A DNA stretch of 64,000 nt from Pseudonocardia sp. (GCA_036497465.1 DASXJJ010000061.1:11534-75533); one strand, 5' to 3'; positions 1 to 10,246 are shown, counted from the first letter of the stretch. Notes: a model not told the origin generated them from the letters alone. Translations and numbers: made by a program.

Positions 1-212
1 GCGCCAAGCTCGAGGGGGTCAGCCCGAAGGTGCTGACCCAGACGCTGCGCCGGCTGGCCGAGCTCGGGCTGGTGGACCGGGTCGTCTACCCCTCGGTGCC
101 GTTGCACGTCGAGTACTCGCTGACCCCGCTGGGCCGCGACGCGTGCGTACCGCTGTCCGCGCTGCGAGTCTGGGTGGAGGCCAACGTGGACCGCATTCCG
201 TCCCTGGCCTGA
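1..212 (+). CDS. HxlR-family winged-helix regulator, 5'-truncated by window edge
   Basis: GVSPKVLTQTLRRL..GLVDR..YPSVPLHVEYSLTPLG matches the HxlR signature. Confidence 0.9.
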   Translation, partial: AKLEGVSPKVLTQTLRRLAELGLVDRVVYPSVPLHVEYSLTPLGRDACVPLSALRVWVEANVDRIPSLA

Positions 213-282
213 CGAACGCAGTCCCTCGGCCCGGGGAACGCAGTCCCCGGCCCGACGAACGCAGTCCCCGGCCCGACGAACG
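211..282 (+). repeat. 21-bp tandem repeat, about 3.4 copies
   Basis: Unit GACGAACGCAGTCCCCGGCCC beginning in the hxlR stop codon. Confidence 0.9.
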
Positions 283-294
283 ACAGGAGGCCCC

Positions 295-924
295 GTGTCA
301 CCGTCGACCGCGCCACCGCCCACCGTCCGACCGGCCCACCGCGGCGAGCACCGCGCCGTCGCCGCCCTGCTGGCCCGCGCGTTCCATGACGACCCGGTGT
401 ACCGGTGGCTGTTCCCGGAGGCCGCCGCCCGCGCCCGCCGGCTGCCCGGCCTGATGGAGACCTACCTGCGACGCCTGCGACCGGACGCCACCGTCGAGCT
501 CGCCGTGCGGGACGGGCGGCCGGTGGCCGCCGCGGTCTGGGACGCCCCCGAACAGGCCGTCCCGGGCACCCCCCGCGAGGCCGCCGCGCTGCCGGGCATG
601 CTGCGCGCGGTGCGGCACCGGCTGCCCGACCTGGCCCGGCTGGGTGGCGTGCTGGACGAGGCCCGGCCGCGCGAGCCGCACTGGTACCTGTTCCACCTCG
701 GCACCGAACCCGACCAGCAGGGCACCGGCGGCGGAGCCGCGCTGCTCCGCTCGATGACGGAGCGCCGCGACCGGGACCGGCTGCCGTCCTACCTGGAGTG
801 CAAACCCGAGCTGGTCGGCTTCTACGGGCGGTTCGGCTTCGACCCTATCGACGAACTGCCGGTACGCGGTCTCGACGTGGTGATGCGGGCGATGTGGCGC
901 GACCCCGCTCCCCCCGAGCACTGA
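295..924 (+). CDS. GNAT acetyltransferase (puromycin N-acetyltransferase-like)
   Basis: [45 protein letters not shown]. Confidence 0.9.
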   Translation: MSPSTAPPPTVRPAHRGEHRAVAALLARAFHDDPVYRWLFPEAAARARRLPGLMETYLRRLRPDATVELAVRDGRPVAAAVWDAPEQAVPGTPREAAALPGMLRAVRHRLPDLARLGGVLDEARPREPHWYLFHLGTEPDQQGTGGGAALLRSMTERRDRDRLPSYLECKPELVGFYGRFGFDPIDELPVRGLDVVMRAMWRDPAPPEH

Positions 925-1082
925 CCCGCGCTCGTCGTCGCCCACTGCCGCCGTCGCCCACTGCCGCCGTGGCCCGCTGCCGCCGTCGCCCGGTCGAGGC
1001 CGGCGGGCCGGTCGAGTCGCGGGGCGGGCCGGGGCGCGGTAGGACTGGGACGGGGACCGCACCGCCGTCACGGGGAGGTGGC

Positions 1083-2291
1083 ATGGGCCGGACCGGGTAC
1101 GTGGTCGGCACGTTCGACACCAAGGGCGCCGAGCTGGGCTACGTCGCCGAGCTGGCCAGGGCCGCGGGTGTCGCGGTGAGCACGGTCGACCTGTCCACCA
1201 GCTCCCCCGACGACCGCCCGGGCGCGGACGTCGGCGCCCGGACCGTGGCCGAGCACCACCCGGACGGCGCGACGGCGGTGTTCACCGGCGACCGGGGTAC
1301 CGCGGTCGCCGCGATGGCCGTGGCGTTCGAACGGTTCCTGACCACCCGGGACGACCTCGGCGGGGTGCTCGCGCTCGGCGGTTCGGGCGGGACGGCGCTG
1401 GTCAGCCCGGCCCTGCGGGCGCTGCCGGTCGGCGTGCCGAAGCTGGTGGTGAGCACGGTGGCCGGCGGCGACGTGTCGGCGTACGTGGGCGCCAGCGACG
1501 TGGCCATGCTGCACTCGGTCACCGATGTGGCCGGGCTGAACCGGATCTCCCGGCAGGTGCTGGGCAACGCCGCGCACGCGCTGGCCGGGATGGTCGGCCA
1601 CGAGGTGCCGACGGTGGCCGGCAGGCCCGCGGTGGCACTGACCATGTTCGGGGTCACCACGGCCTGCGTCACCGCGGTGGCCGCCGCGCTGGCCGACCGG
1701 TTCGACCCGCTGGTGTTCCACGCCGTCGGCACCGGCGGCCGGGCGGTCGACAAGCTGGTGGACGACCGCCAGGTGGACGGGGTGCTCGACGTGACCACCA
1801 CCGAGGTCTGCGACTTCATCGCCGGCGGCGTGTTCAGCGCGGGCGAGCACCGGCTGGACTCGCTGAGCCGGGTTCCCATGCCCTACGTCGGGTCCTGCGG
1901 CGCGCTCGACATGGTCAACTTCGGCGCGCCGGACACCGTTCCGGAGCGGTACGCCGACCGGCTGTTCTACCGGCACAACCCGCAGGTCACGCTGATGCGC
2001 ACGACACCGGACGAGTGCCGGCGGATCGCCGGGTTCCTGGCCACCAAGCTCAACGCCGCACAGGGGCCGGTGCGGTTCCTGCTGCCGGAGGGCGGGGTGT
2101 CCGCGCTGGACGCCCCCGGCCAGCCGTTCCACGACCCGGAGGCGGACGAGGTGCTGTTCGCCACGCTGGAGGCGCAGGTCGAGCAGACCGACCGGCGCCG
2201 GCTGGTACGGCTGCCGCACAACGTGAACGACCCCGCGTTCGCCGATGCGCTGGTCGAGGCGTTCGACGCGGTGCTGGGCCAGGCGCGATGA
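1083..2291 (+). CDS. Tm-1-like ATP-binding domain protein (UPF0261)
   Basis: [47 protein letters not shown]. Confidence 0.93.
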   Translation: MGRTGYVVGTFDTKGAELGYVAELARAAGVAVSTVDLSTSSPDDRPGADVGARTVAEHHPDGATAVFTGDRGTAVAAMAVAFERFLTTRDDLGGVLALGGSGGTALVSPALRALPVGVPKLVVSTVAGGDVSAYVGASDVAMLHSVTDVAGLNRISRQVLGNAAHALAGMVGHEVPTVAGRPAVALTMFGVTTACVTAVAAALADRFDPLVFHAVGTGGRAVDKLVDDRQVDGVLDVTTTEVCDFIAGGVFSAGEHRLDSLSRVPMPYVGSCGALDMVNFGAPDTVPERYADRLFYRHNPQVTLMRTTPDECRRIAGFLATKLNAAQGPVRFLLPEGGVSALDAPGQPFHDPEADEVLFATLEAQVEQTDRRRLVRLPHNVNDPAFADALVEAFDAVLGQAR

Positions 2292-3109
2292 ACCGGGCCG
2301 AGCTGATGGAGCGGTTCGCCGACATGGCCCGCCGGGGCGAGCCGATCGTCGGCGGCGGCGCCGGCACCGGGCTGTCCGCCAAGTGCGAGGAGGCCGGCGG
2401 GATCGACCTCATCGTGATCTACAACTCCGGCCGGTACCGGATGGCCGGCCGGGGATCGCTGGCCGGGCTGCTCGCCTACGGCAACGCCAACGACATCGTG
2501 GTGGAGATGGCCGCCGAGGTGCTGCCGGTGGTCCGGCACACCCCGGTGCTGGCCGGGGTGAACGGCACCGACCCGTTCCTGCTGCGCGACCGGTTCCTGC
2601 GCGAGCTGCGCGATATCGGCTTCGCCGGGGTGCAGAACTTCCCCACCGTCGGGCTGATCGACGGGGTGTTCCGGGCGAACCTGGAGGAGACCGGGATGGG
2701 GTACGGCCTGGAGGTCGAGCTGATCGAGGCGGCCCGCCGCGCCGACCTGCTGACCACCCCGTACGTGTTCTCCGCCGAGGACGCCACGGCGATGGCGCGC
2801 GCCGGGGCGGACATGATCGTCTGTCACATGGGCCTGACCACCGGCGGTGCCATCGGTGCCGGGACCGCCAAGACGCTGGACGACTGCGTCGCGCTGATCG
2901 ACGAGTGGGCGGCCGCCGCGCTCGAGGTGCGCGACGACGTGCTGGTGCTCTGCCACGGCGGCCCGATCGCCCAGCCCGAGGATGCCGCGTACGTGCTGTC
3001 CGGGACGGCGCACTGCCACGGCTTCTACGGCGCGAGCAGCATGGAACGGCTGCCGACCGAGCGAGCGCTCACCGAGCAGACCCGCGCGTTCAAGGCGGTC
3101 ACCTACTAG
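2288..3109 (+). CDS. TIM-barrel PEP-hydrolase-like protein (Tm-1 C-terminal-like)
   Basis: [49 protein letters not shown] overlap with upstream gene. Confidence 0.93.
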   Translation: MNRAELMERFADMARRGEPIVGGGAGTGLSAKCEEAGGIDLIVIYNSGRYRMAGRGSLAGLLAYGNANDIVVEMAAEVLPVVRHTPVLAGVNGTDPFLLRDRFLRELRDIGFAGVQNFPTVGLIDGVFRANLEETGMGYGLEVELIEAARRADLLTTPYVFSAEDATAMARAGADMIVCHMGLTTGGAIGAGTAKTLDDCVALIDEWAAAALEVRDDVLVLCHGGPIAQPEDAAYVLSGTAHCHGFYGASSMERLPTERALTEQTRAFKAVTY

Positions 3110-3185
3110 CCCGTCGACCGGGTAACGCGGTTCGACCCGACAACCGATCAGCACCGATCAGCACCGACGACAAGGAGTTCCCGAC

Positions 3186-3623
3186 ATGCCCAAGCCGTAC
3201 GCCAGTGGTGTCGTGCCCGCCTCCGCCGACGAGGTCTGGCAGATCGTGCGCCAGTTCAACGGGCTCGCCGAGTGGCACCCGGTGATCGCCGAGAGCAAGA
3301 TCGAGAGCGGCTCGGCGCAGGAGATCGGGGCGGTCCGCCGGCTGACCCTGGCCGACGGCAGCCAGGTCGCCGAACGCCTGGTCAGCATGGACGACGACGA
3401 GCGCAGCTACACCTACGCGTTCACCGACCCCGGCACCATGCCGGTGCGCAGCTACAAGTCGACGATCCGGATCGCGCCGGTCACCGCCACCGGGCAGTCG
3501 TTCGTCGAGTGGTGGGCGTGGTTCGACTCGGAGGCCGAGGTGGAGGCGGAGATGAACCAGACATACTCGGAGACCGTCTATGGCAACGGCATCGCGGCCC
3601 TGATCAGCCACTTCGGCGGCTGA
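3186..3623 (+). CDS. SRPBCC/polyketide-cyclase-like (MxaD-like) protein
   Basis: VW..VRQFNGLAEWHP, GAVRRLTL..G..VAERL; RBS AAGGAG. Confidence 0.9.
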   Translation: MPKPYASGVVPASADEVWQIVRQFNGLAEWHPVIAESKIESGSAQEIGAVRRLTLADGSQVAERLVSMDDDERSYTYAFTDPGTMPVRSYKSTIRIAPVTATGQSFVEWWAWFDSEAEVEAEMNQTYSETVYGNGIAALISHFGG

Positions 3624-3639
3624 CCGCCCCGGCGCCGGC

Positions 3640-3830
3640 TCGCGCGGAACCGCCGCGGCTCGCGGGCGGCTCGCACACCGCTGCCGCGGCTCGCGGGCGG
3701 CTCGCACACCACTGCCGAGCGGTCGCACAGACTCGGCACGGGTCGCCCACCGCTGCCGAGCGGTCGCACAGAGACTCGGCACGGGTGCACAGAGCCCACA
3801 CAGAGCCCACACAGAGCCTGTGTGACCCGC
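3640..3830. repeat. Mosaic of degenerate short direct repeats (REP-like)
   Basis: GCCGCGGCTCGCGGGCGGCTCGCACACC x2, CTGCCGAGCGGTCGCACAGA x2, 11-bp CACAGAGCCCA x about 3. Confidence 0.75.
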
Positions 3831-3972
3831 GGCCGGTCTGCGCGAGCGGCACGACAGCACCACGGCACGGCGAGCCAACCGACCGACCGCGCCGCCACCA
3901 CCCACGCGCGGTGAACGCCCCACCGGCTCACACCACTCACCACTCACGCGGCACGAGCCCGCACAGACACCG

Positions 3973-4012
3973 CGCGGCCCGCACAGGCTCTACGGAGTCT
4001 GTGCGGGCCGCG
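3973..4012. terminator. 18-bp stem hairpin with C(UACG)G tetraloop between convergent genes
   Basis: CGCGGCCCGCACAGGCTC-TACG-GAGTCTGTGCGGGCCGCG (one G-U pair); outer arms GCACAGA/TCTGTGC. Confidence 0.65.
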
Positions 4013-4160
4013 GCCGCTCTGTGCGAACCCAAGTCCACGCCGCCCCGAACCCACGCCGCCCCGAACCCGCGCCAACCCGAACCCGCGCCGCCCCGGACAG
4101 CACGTACCCCGAGCAGCGCGGAGCGCCGGCGGCGATCGGTACGGCGGGGTCGGTGGTGGG

Positions 4161-4850
4161 TCAGCGGGCGCTGCGGTCGCGCAGCATCGACGGCACCGTG
4201 CGCAGCAGGATCGACACGTCGGCGCCCAGGTTACGGGTCCGCACGTAGGTCAGGTCGAGGTGCAGCATCTCCAGCGTGCTCACCGACGAGCGGCCGCTGA
4301 CCTGCCACAGACCCGTGATGCCCGGCCGCACGGAGAACCGGGGCTGGAACTCCGAGGGGAACATCCGCGCCTCCCACTCCAGGCAGGGGCGGGGGCCGAC
4401 CAGCGACATGTCGCCGAACAGCACGTTCAGCAGCTGCGGCAACTCGTCCAGGCTGGTCTTGCGCAGCAGCGAACCGACCCCCGTCACCCGGGGATCGCTG
4501 TCCAGCTTGTAGGAGCCCTCGACGGAGGTGTCCTCACCGCGCAGCTCGGCGGCGATCAGCTCGCGGAGCATCTCGTCGCTGGCGCCGGTGCGCATCGTGC
4601 GGAACTTGTACATGGTGAACGACCGTCCACCCAGCCCCACGCGCTGCTGCTGGAACAACGCCGGCCCGGCGCTCGTCCAGCGGATGATCATGCCGATGAC
4701 CAGCATCGGGATCGCCAGCAGGAGCAGCGCGAGAACGGCAACGGTCACATCGATCATCCGACCGGCGAAGGCCTGCCATCGCAGCCCTCGCGCAGCACCG
4801 AACCTGTCGACGGCCGAGGCGGCGACAAGGTCCGAACCACCCGAGTACAT
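4161..4850 (-). CDS. Sugar transferase (polyprenyl phosphoglycosyl transferase)
   Basis: [51 protein letters not shown]; start could be 4880. Confidence 0.93.
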   Translation of the reverse strand: MYSGGSDLVAASAVDRFGAARGLRWQAFAGRMIDVTVAVLALLLLAIPMLVIGMIIRWTSAGPALFQQQRVGLGGRSFTMYKFRTMRTGASDEMLRELIAAELRGEDTSVEGSYKLDSDPRVTGVGSLLRKTSLDELPQLLNVLFGDMSLVGPRPCLEWEARMFPSEFQPRFSVRPGITGLWQVSGRSSVSTLEMLHLDLTYVRTRNLGADVSILLRTVPSMLRDRSAR

Positions 4851-4909
4851 GACAGACTCCCCCCACGTGCTTGCAGGCATTGGGGGTATCGCCGGTCGCC
4901 GCCCGGCCG

Positions 4910-5542
4910 TTACGCGGCCTGCTGACCGACTTTCGCGGCGGCGACGATGAGGTCGGCGCAGGCGTCCAGGGACAGCCGCGTGCTGTCCAGCACGAGGTGG
5001 TAGTGGCTCGGGTCGGCCGGGTCACACCGGTAGAAGTGCCGCACGTAGCTGGTCCGGGCGGCGTCGTTGTGCTCCATCATCGCCCGGGCGTCGTCCTCGC
5101 TCATCCGCTGGCTACGCATCACCTGACGGACCCGGCGCTCCGGCGGGCCGTCCAACCGCACGTGCAGGGCGGTGGGGTGGTCCCGGAGCACGAGCGCGGC
5201 GGCCCGGCCCAGGATCACCCCGCCACTGTCCGCCACCACCCGCCGGATCGCCGACTTGGTGCACTCCAGGTACTCGCTGTCGGGCAGCAGCGCCACCCTC
5301 GGCGCGTCGTAGCCGAGCATGTACTCACCGCTCAGCGGCGCGGCCGAGTGCAGCATCCGGGCCAGCCAGCCCTTCACCTTCTCGTCGCGGGCCAGCGCAT
5401 CCTCCACCGGGACACCGAGGTCGTTGGCCACCCGCACCGGGATGGCGCGGTCCACGAACGGGACTCCGAGACGCTCGGCCACCGCGGGGCCGACGATTCC
5501 GCCTCCCGCGCCGAACGCAGCGGACAGCGTGACGATGGACAT
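4910..5542 (-). CDS. Cytidylate kinase-like family protein
   Basis: VTLSAAFGAGG, VILGRAA, ALHVRLDG, YHLVLDS. Confidence 0.88.
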   Translation of the reverse strand: MSIVTLSAAFGAGGGIVGPAVAERLGVPFVDRAIPVRVANDLGVPVEDALARDEKVKGWLARMLHSAAPLSGEYMLGYDAPRVALLPDSEYLECTKSAIRRVVADSGGVILGRAAALVLRDHPTALHVRLDGPPERRVRQVMRSQRMSEDDARAMMEHNDAARTSYVRHFYRCDPADPSHYHLVLDSTRLSLDACADLIVAAAKVGQQAA

Positions 5543-5853
5543 GGTCCGCTCCCCCTGCCGAATGAGGTTGACAAGAGGGTAGACGAGCGGTCCGCGCAGA
5601 TCGACGGTTCGGCTGACGGTACCTCCGAATGGCGGTCACCGAGCCGGGAGCACCGGCATCACCGCAGGTCAGCGCGGCGCGTCTGGTTCCTACTACAGGT
5701 ACGGCGCGTGCCTTGCGCGGGGGCGGCGCGTGCACCGCGACGCCCCCGCCGCGCGACGACCGCCCACCGGCCGGAGCCCGACCGAGCCGCGCCCGGTCCC
5801 GCCGCGCCGGCGGCCGGCGCCCGATCCCGCCGCGCCGGCGGGACGGAGCCCGG

Positions 5854-6378
5854 TCACGCCGCGCCGGAGCGCTCCACCGCACCGGAGCGCTCCACCGCAC
5901 CCGAGCGCTCCACCGCGTCCGAGCGGTCCGGCGCGTCCGAGCGGTCCGGCGGCGCGGTGCGGGCCGCGATGCTGAGGCGGTTCCACACGTTGATGGTGGC
6001 CGCCGCCATGACCAGGTCGGCGACCTCCGTCTCCGACCAGTGCGCGAGCGCCTCCCGCCACACCTCGTCCGACACCCCGCCGTCGGCGATCCGGGTGACC
6101 TCGTCGGTCAGCGCCAGCGCGGCCCGCTCCCGCGCGGTGAAGCAGGTGGCGTCGTGCCAGGCGGCGACCTGGAACAGCCGCGCGGTGCTCTCCCCGCCCG
6201 CCATCGCCTCGTGGCTGTGCATGTCCACGCAGAACGCGCAGCCGTTGATCATCGAGGCGCGCAGCTTGACCAGCTCCAGGACCACCGGGTCGACGTGCGC
6301 CCGGCAGTACATCTCCAACCCCATCACGGCCTTGTAGCCACCCGGGATCGCCGTGCTCATGCTCAGTCTCTCGGTCAC
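5854..6378 (-). CDS. Carboxymuconolactone decarboxylase/AhpD-like protein
   Basis: ELVKLRASMINGCAFCVDMH, INVWNRL; GTG start after AGGGGAG. Confidence 0.92.
   Translation of the reverse strand: MTERLSMSTAIPGGYKAVMGLEMYCRAHVDPVVLELVKLRASMINGCAFCVDMHSHEAMAGGESTARLFQVAAWHDATCFTARERAALALTDEVTRIADGGVSDEVWREALAHWSETEVADLVMAAATINVWNRLSIAARTAPPDRSDAPDRSDAVERSGAVERSGAVERSGAA
5864..5950 (-). repeat. In-frame 18-bp tandem repeat (PDRSDA/VERSGA tail)
   Basis: CCGGAGCGCTCCACCGCA-like x3 plus TCCGAGCGGTCCGGCG x2. Confidence 0.85.
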
Positions 6379-6480
6379 CGTTGCTCCCCTCACACACGAC
6401 TCGGCCCGGCCGAGCCTCCTGTTGTGTCATCAGGAGGACGGCCGGGCCGAGGGTGGTGTGACAGCGGGACCCCAACTACT

Positions 6481-7452
6481 TCACCAGCTGGGTGCCGCCT
6501 TGCGTGCCTTCTTCGTCGCGGTCGGGAACCTCTTGTCGGCGGCCTTGGTCGCCTTGGCCAGCCGCTTGTCCGCGCGCTTGCGGGCCTGCTTGCCGGCCTT
6601 GCGGGCCTCCTTGGCCTTCTTCGCGCCACGCTTCTCGGTCTCGGCGCGCAGCCGCTCGGTGTTCTCGGCCAGCCGCCCGCCGGCGCGGCTCGCGGCGTCG
6701 ACGGCCTTGGGGCCGTACTTGTTGGCCGCGTCGACGGCCTTGGGGCCGTACTTGTTCGCCGCGTCGGTCACCGCGTCGGCCGCCTTCGGGCCGTACTTGT
6801 TCGCGGCCTCGGTCACCGCGTCGGCGGCCTGGGTGCCGTACTTGGTGGCCACCTCGGCGGCCTGGCCGCCGTAGTCCCGCCCGAGCTCGACGGCCTTCGG
6901 GCCGTACCGGTGCGCCGCGTCGGTCACCTGCCCGCCGAGGTCGCCGACCCGCTTGCCCAGGTGGTTCAGGTTGTCGGTGACGTCCCGGTGGAACAGCTCG
7001 GCCGCGGCGGCGCTGGTGTGCCCCGCGCGGCGGGCCTTCCAGGCCAGCGACGGTTTGCCCTCGGTGTCCGCGGCGGCGAGCATCAGCCCGCCCAGCAGCC
7101 CCAGGTTCTTGGTGAAATGGATCTGTTCGGCACGGCGCCGGTCCGGGTCGTCGATCTCCCAGAACCGGTGACCGGCCGCCGTGGTGGGCACCAGGCTGGT
7201 GGCCAGCGCGGCGGCGGACAGCCGGGGGAACTTGCCGATGGCGAGCAACGAGCCAAACCCGATCTTGACCCCGGCGTCGATCCTGATCATCGTCAGCGGG
7301 GAGAGCGGTTGCCCGGTCGGCGCCAGCTCGGTGACCTTGTCCAGCACCGGGCGCGCGGCCTGTTCGTGCCCCTTGGGGTCACGCAGGGCGGCGATCCCGC
7401 CGGTGATGAAGATCCCCGCCAACAACGGGCGAGCGATACGACGTAGCAACAT
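6481..7452 (-). CDS. DoxX-family membrane protein with repetitive charged C-terminal tail
   Basis: RRIARPLLA.IFI.GG, PTTAAGHRFWE, FTKNLGLLGGL, DTEGKPSLAW; repeated KYGPKA. Confidence 0.9.
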   Translation of the reverse strand: MLLRRIARPLLAGIFITGGIAALRDPKGHEQAARPVLDKVTELAPTGQPLSPLTMIRIDAGVKIGFGSLLAIGKFPRLSAAALATSLVPTTAAGHRFWEIDDPDRRRAEQIHFTKNLGLLGGLMLAAADTEGKPSLAWKARRAGHTSAAAAELFHRDVTDNLNHLGKRVGDLGGQVTDAAHRYGPKAVELGRDYGGQAAEVATKYGTQAADAVTEAANKYGPKAADAVTDAANKYGPKAVDAANKYGPKAVDAASRAGGRLAENTERLRAETEKRGAKKAKEARKAGKQARKRADKRLAKATKAADKRFPTATKKARKAAPSW

Positions 7453-7463
7453 AACGCGACATC

Positions 7464-7489
7464 TTCCCCGAATCACCGCTCGTCAAACG
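7464..7489 (-). promoter_or_regulatory. SigF/SigB-type promoter of the DoxX gene
   Basis: Minus strand CGTTTGA-N11-TCGGGGAA (GTTT-N15-GGGGAA), 11 nt before ATG. Confidence 0.7.
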
Positions 7490-7580
7490 CGCAGCGCGGC
7501 GGCTCCGACGGGTGATTCCCGGCGATCGGAGGCTGTCCGTGCGTTCGGCCGGGCCGCCCGGATCGGCCTACCGTGGTCGC

Positions 7581-8519
7581 ATGCGGATCCCCCTTCCCGG
7601 AACCGAGCTGACCGTCCACCCACTGTGCCTCGGCGGGAACGTCTTCGGGTGGAGCGCCGACGCCGAGGCCTCGTTCGGGGTGCTCGACGCCTACGCGGCG
7701 GCGGACGGCAACTTCGTCGACACGGCCGACTCCTACATGTGGCGCATACCCGGCAACTCCGGCGGCGAGTCCGAGACCATCCTGGGCAACTGGCTGACCG
7801 CGCGGCGCACCCGCGAGGACATGGTGATCGCCACCAAGGTCGGCTCGTGGCCGGCGCGGCCCGGCCTGTCGGCGGCCAACATCGCCGCGGCCGCCGACGA
7901 CTCCCTGCGCCGGCTGCGCACCGACCACATCGACCTGTACTACGCCCACCGGGACGACCCGGACACCCCGCTGGAGGAGACGCTCGGCGCGTTCGACGCG
8001 CTGGTCAGGGCGGGGAAGGTGCGCTACGTGGCGGCCTCGAACTACGCGCCGGACCGGCTGGCCGAGGCGCTCGCGATCAGCCGACGGCACGGGTACGCGC
8101 CGTTCGTGGCACTGCAGCCGGAGTACAACCTGGTGGTGCGGGAGTTCGAGACGACCCTGGCCCCGCTGCTGGCCGAGCACGGGGTGTCCGCGCTGCCCTA
8201 CTACGGCCTGGCCAAGGGCTTCCTGACCGGCAAGTACACCGCCGACACCGCCGTGGACAGCGTGCGCGCCGAGGGCGCCAGGGAGTATTTGGACGATCGG
8301 GGCCGCCGGGTGCTGGCCGAGCTGGCCGACACGGCGGGCCGGCACGGGGTGAGCCCGGCGGCGGTCGCGCTGGCCTGGCTGGCCGCCCACCCGGCGGTGT
8401 CCACCCCGATCGCCAGCGCGCGCACCACCGAGCAGCTCGCCGGGTTGCTCCCGATGGCGGAGCTGAAGCTGGCCGCCGAGGAGATCGAACGGCTCAACGC
8501 CGCGTCCGCCGTCGGCTGA
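7581..8519 (+). CDS. Aldo/keto reductase
   Basis: LCLGGNVFGW, DTADSY, IATKVG, IDLYYAH, LQPEYNL. Confidence 0.95.
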   Translation: MRIPLPGTELTVHPLCLGGNVFGWSADAEASFGVLDAYAAADGNFVDTADSYMWRIPGNSGGESETILGNWLTARRTREDMVIATKVGSWPARPGLSAANIAAAADDSLRRLRTDHIDLYYAHRDDPDTPLEETLGAFDALVRAGKVRYVAASNYAPDRLAEALAISRRHGYAPFVALQPEYNLVVREFETTLAPLLAEHGVSALPYYGLAKGFLTGKYTADTAVDSVRAEGAREYLDDRGRRVLAELADTAGRHGVSPAAVALAWLAAHPAVSTPIASARTTEQLAGLLPMAELKLAAEEIERLNAASAVG

Positions 8520-8548
8520 GACGCCCCGCGACGCTCTAGGCTGCCCGG

Positions 8549-10246
8549 GTGAGTCTGCTTCTCGGCCCGGTGCTGCGCCATGTGGACGAGTCCTCCGCGG
8601 TCGTGTGGGTGCAGTGCTCCCACGCCGGCACCGTCGCCGTGCTGGGGACGGACGCGCCGACGGCCGAGGCGCCCACGTTCGAGGTCGCCGGTTACCACTT
8701 CGCCCTGGTCACCGTCACCGGGCTGGCCCCGGGCAGCACCACCGAGTACCGCGTCGAGCTGGACGGCGAGCAGGTCTGGCCGCCGGCCGGGCACCCGTTC
8801 CCGCCGAGCGTGATCCGCGCCCGGGGCGGCCCGTCCGGCCTGCGGGCGCTGTTCGGCTCCTGCCGCTACCCGAAGACCGGCGAGCCGGACCTGGAGGCGC
8901 ACCTCGGTCTGGACGCGCTGGACTGCTACGCCGCCCGGATGGTGACCGAGCCTCCCGAGCAGTGGCCGGACCTGCTCATCCTGCTGGGTGACCAGGTGTA
9001 CGCCGACGAGCTGACGCCCAGCGCGCGGCGCACGATCGCGGGCCGTCGGGCCGGCCGCAGGCACGGGCGGCGCCCGCCGGACGAGGTGGTCAGCTTCGAC
9101 GAGTACGTCAAGCTGTACGAGGCGTCCTGGTCGGACCCGGAGATCCGCTGGCTGATGTCCACCGTGCCCACCGCGATGATCTTCGACGACCACGACGTGC
9201 GGGACGACTGGAACACCTCGGCCGCCTGGCGCGCGGAGATGGCCGAGACGTCCTGGTGGCCGGAGCGGATCCGCGCCGCGCTGGCGTCGTACTGGGTGTT
9301 CCAGCACCTGGGCAACCTGCCTCCGGCGGACCTGGCCGAGGACACCGACTACCGCGCGGTGCTGGCCGCCGGGGGTGACCGCTGGCCGCTGCTGGCGGAG
9401 CTGGCCGACCGCGCCGACCGGGAGACCGACGGGGCCAAGGGCGTGCGGTTCAGCTACCGCTGGGAGCTGGGCCGGGCCCGGCTGGTGATGGCCGACTCGC
9501 GCAACGGCAGGATCCTGGACGGCGGCCGGCGGGCGATGATCGGCGACCGCGAGTTCGACTGGATCGAGCGGCAGATCCTCGACGGGCTGGACGGGCTGGA
9601 CCACCTCATCCTGGGCTCCTCGCTGCCCTGGCTGCTGCCTCCGGCGATCAGCGAGCTGCAGTCGGTCAACGAGCGGGCGGCCCGGCGGCCGGGCTGGCGC
9701 GGGCGGCTGGCGGAGAAGATCCGGCAGGCCACCGACATGGAGCACTGGGCGGCCTTCCACGTGTCCTTCCGCCGGCTCACCGAGCTGGTCGGCACGGCCG
9801 CGGCCGCCAGCCCGGGGCCGGCGACGGTGAGCGTGCTGTCCGGCGACGTGCACCACAGCTACGCCGCGCGCGCCGAGCTGCCCGGGTCGGCGGCCGTGCA
9901 CCAGCTGGTGTGCTCGCCGGTGCACAACCACGTCCAGGGCTTCATGCACCCGGTGTTCCGGCTGGGCTGGGCGCGGGTGGTGGCCTCGGTGATGCGTCGC
10001 TGGGCGCGGCACCGGGACGCCCCGGAGGCCCCGCTGCGCTGGCGCAGGCGCACCGGACCGCTGTTCGGCAACACGATCGCCACGCTGCGGCTGGACGGCC
10101 GGGAGGCCGAGGTGCTGTTCGAGCAGCCCACCGACTCGGCGGCGCTGGACGTGGTGGCCCGGTTGTCGCTCACCGGGCCGGACCGGCGGGCCCGGCGGTC
10201 GGCGGCCCGGAGACCGGAGGCCCGGGGGCCGGCGGCTCAGAAGTAG
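8549..10246 (+). CDS. PhoD-like alkaline phosphatase D family protein, no signal peptide
   Basis: GSCR, LLGDQVYADE, IFDDHDVRDDWN, LSGDVHHSY. Confidence 0.9.
   Translation: MSLLLGPVLRHVDESSAVVWVQCSHAGTVAVLGTDAPTAEAPTFEVAGYHFALVTVTGLAPGSTTEYRVELDGEQVWPPAGHPFPPSVIRARGGPSGLRALFGSCRYPKTGEPDLEAHLGLDALDCYAARMVTEPPEQWPDLLILLGDQVYADELTPSARRTIAGRRAGRRHGRRPPDEVVSFDEYVKLYEASWSDPEIRWLMSTVPTAMIFDDHDVRDDWNTSAAWRAEMAETSWWPERIRAALASYWVFQHLGNLPPADLAEDTDYRAVLAAGGDRWPLLAELADRADRETDGAKGVRFSYRWELGRARLVMADSRNGRILDGGRRAMIGDREFDWIERQILDGLDGLDHLILGSSLPWLLPPAISELQSVNERAARRPGWRGRLAEKIRQATDMEHWAAFHVSFRRLTELVGTAAAASPGPATVSVLSGDVHHSYAARAELPGSAAVHQLVCSPVHNHVQGFMHPVFRLGWARVVASVMRRWARHRDAPEAPLRWRRRTGPLFGNTIATLRLDGREAEVLFEQPTDSAALDVVARLSLTGPDRRARRSAARRPEARGPAAQK

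Noticed and set aside
211..282. Possible CRISPR array (also 36881-36944 and 3640-3830)
   Set aside because: Units are contiguous without unique spacers and no cas genes are present
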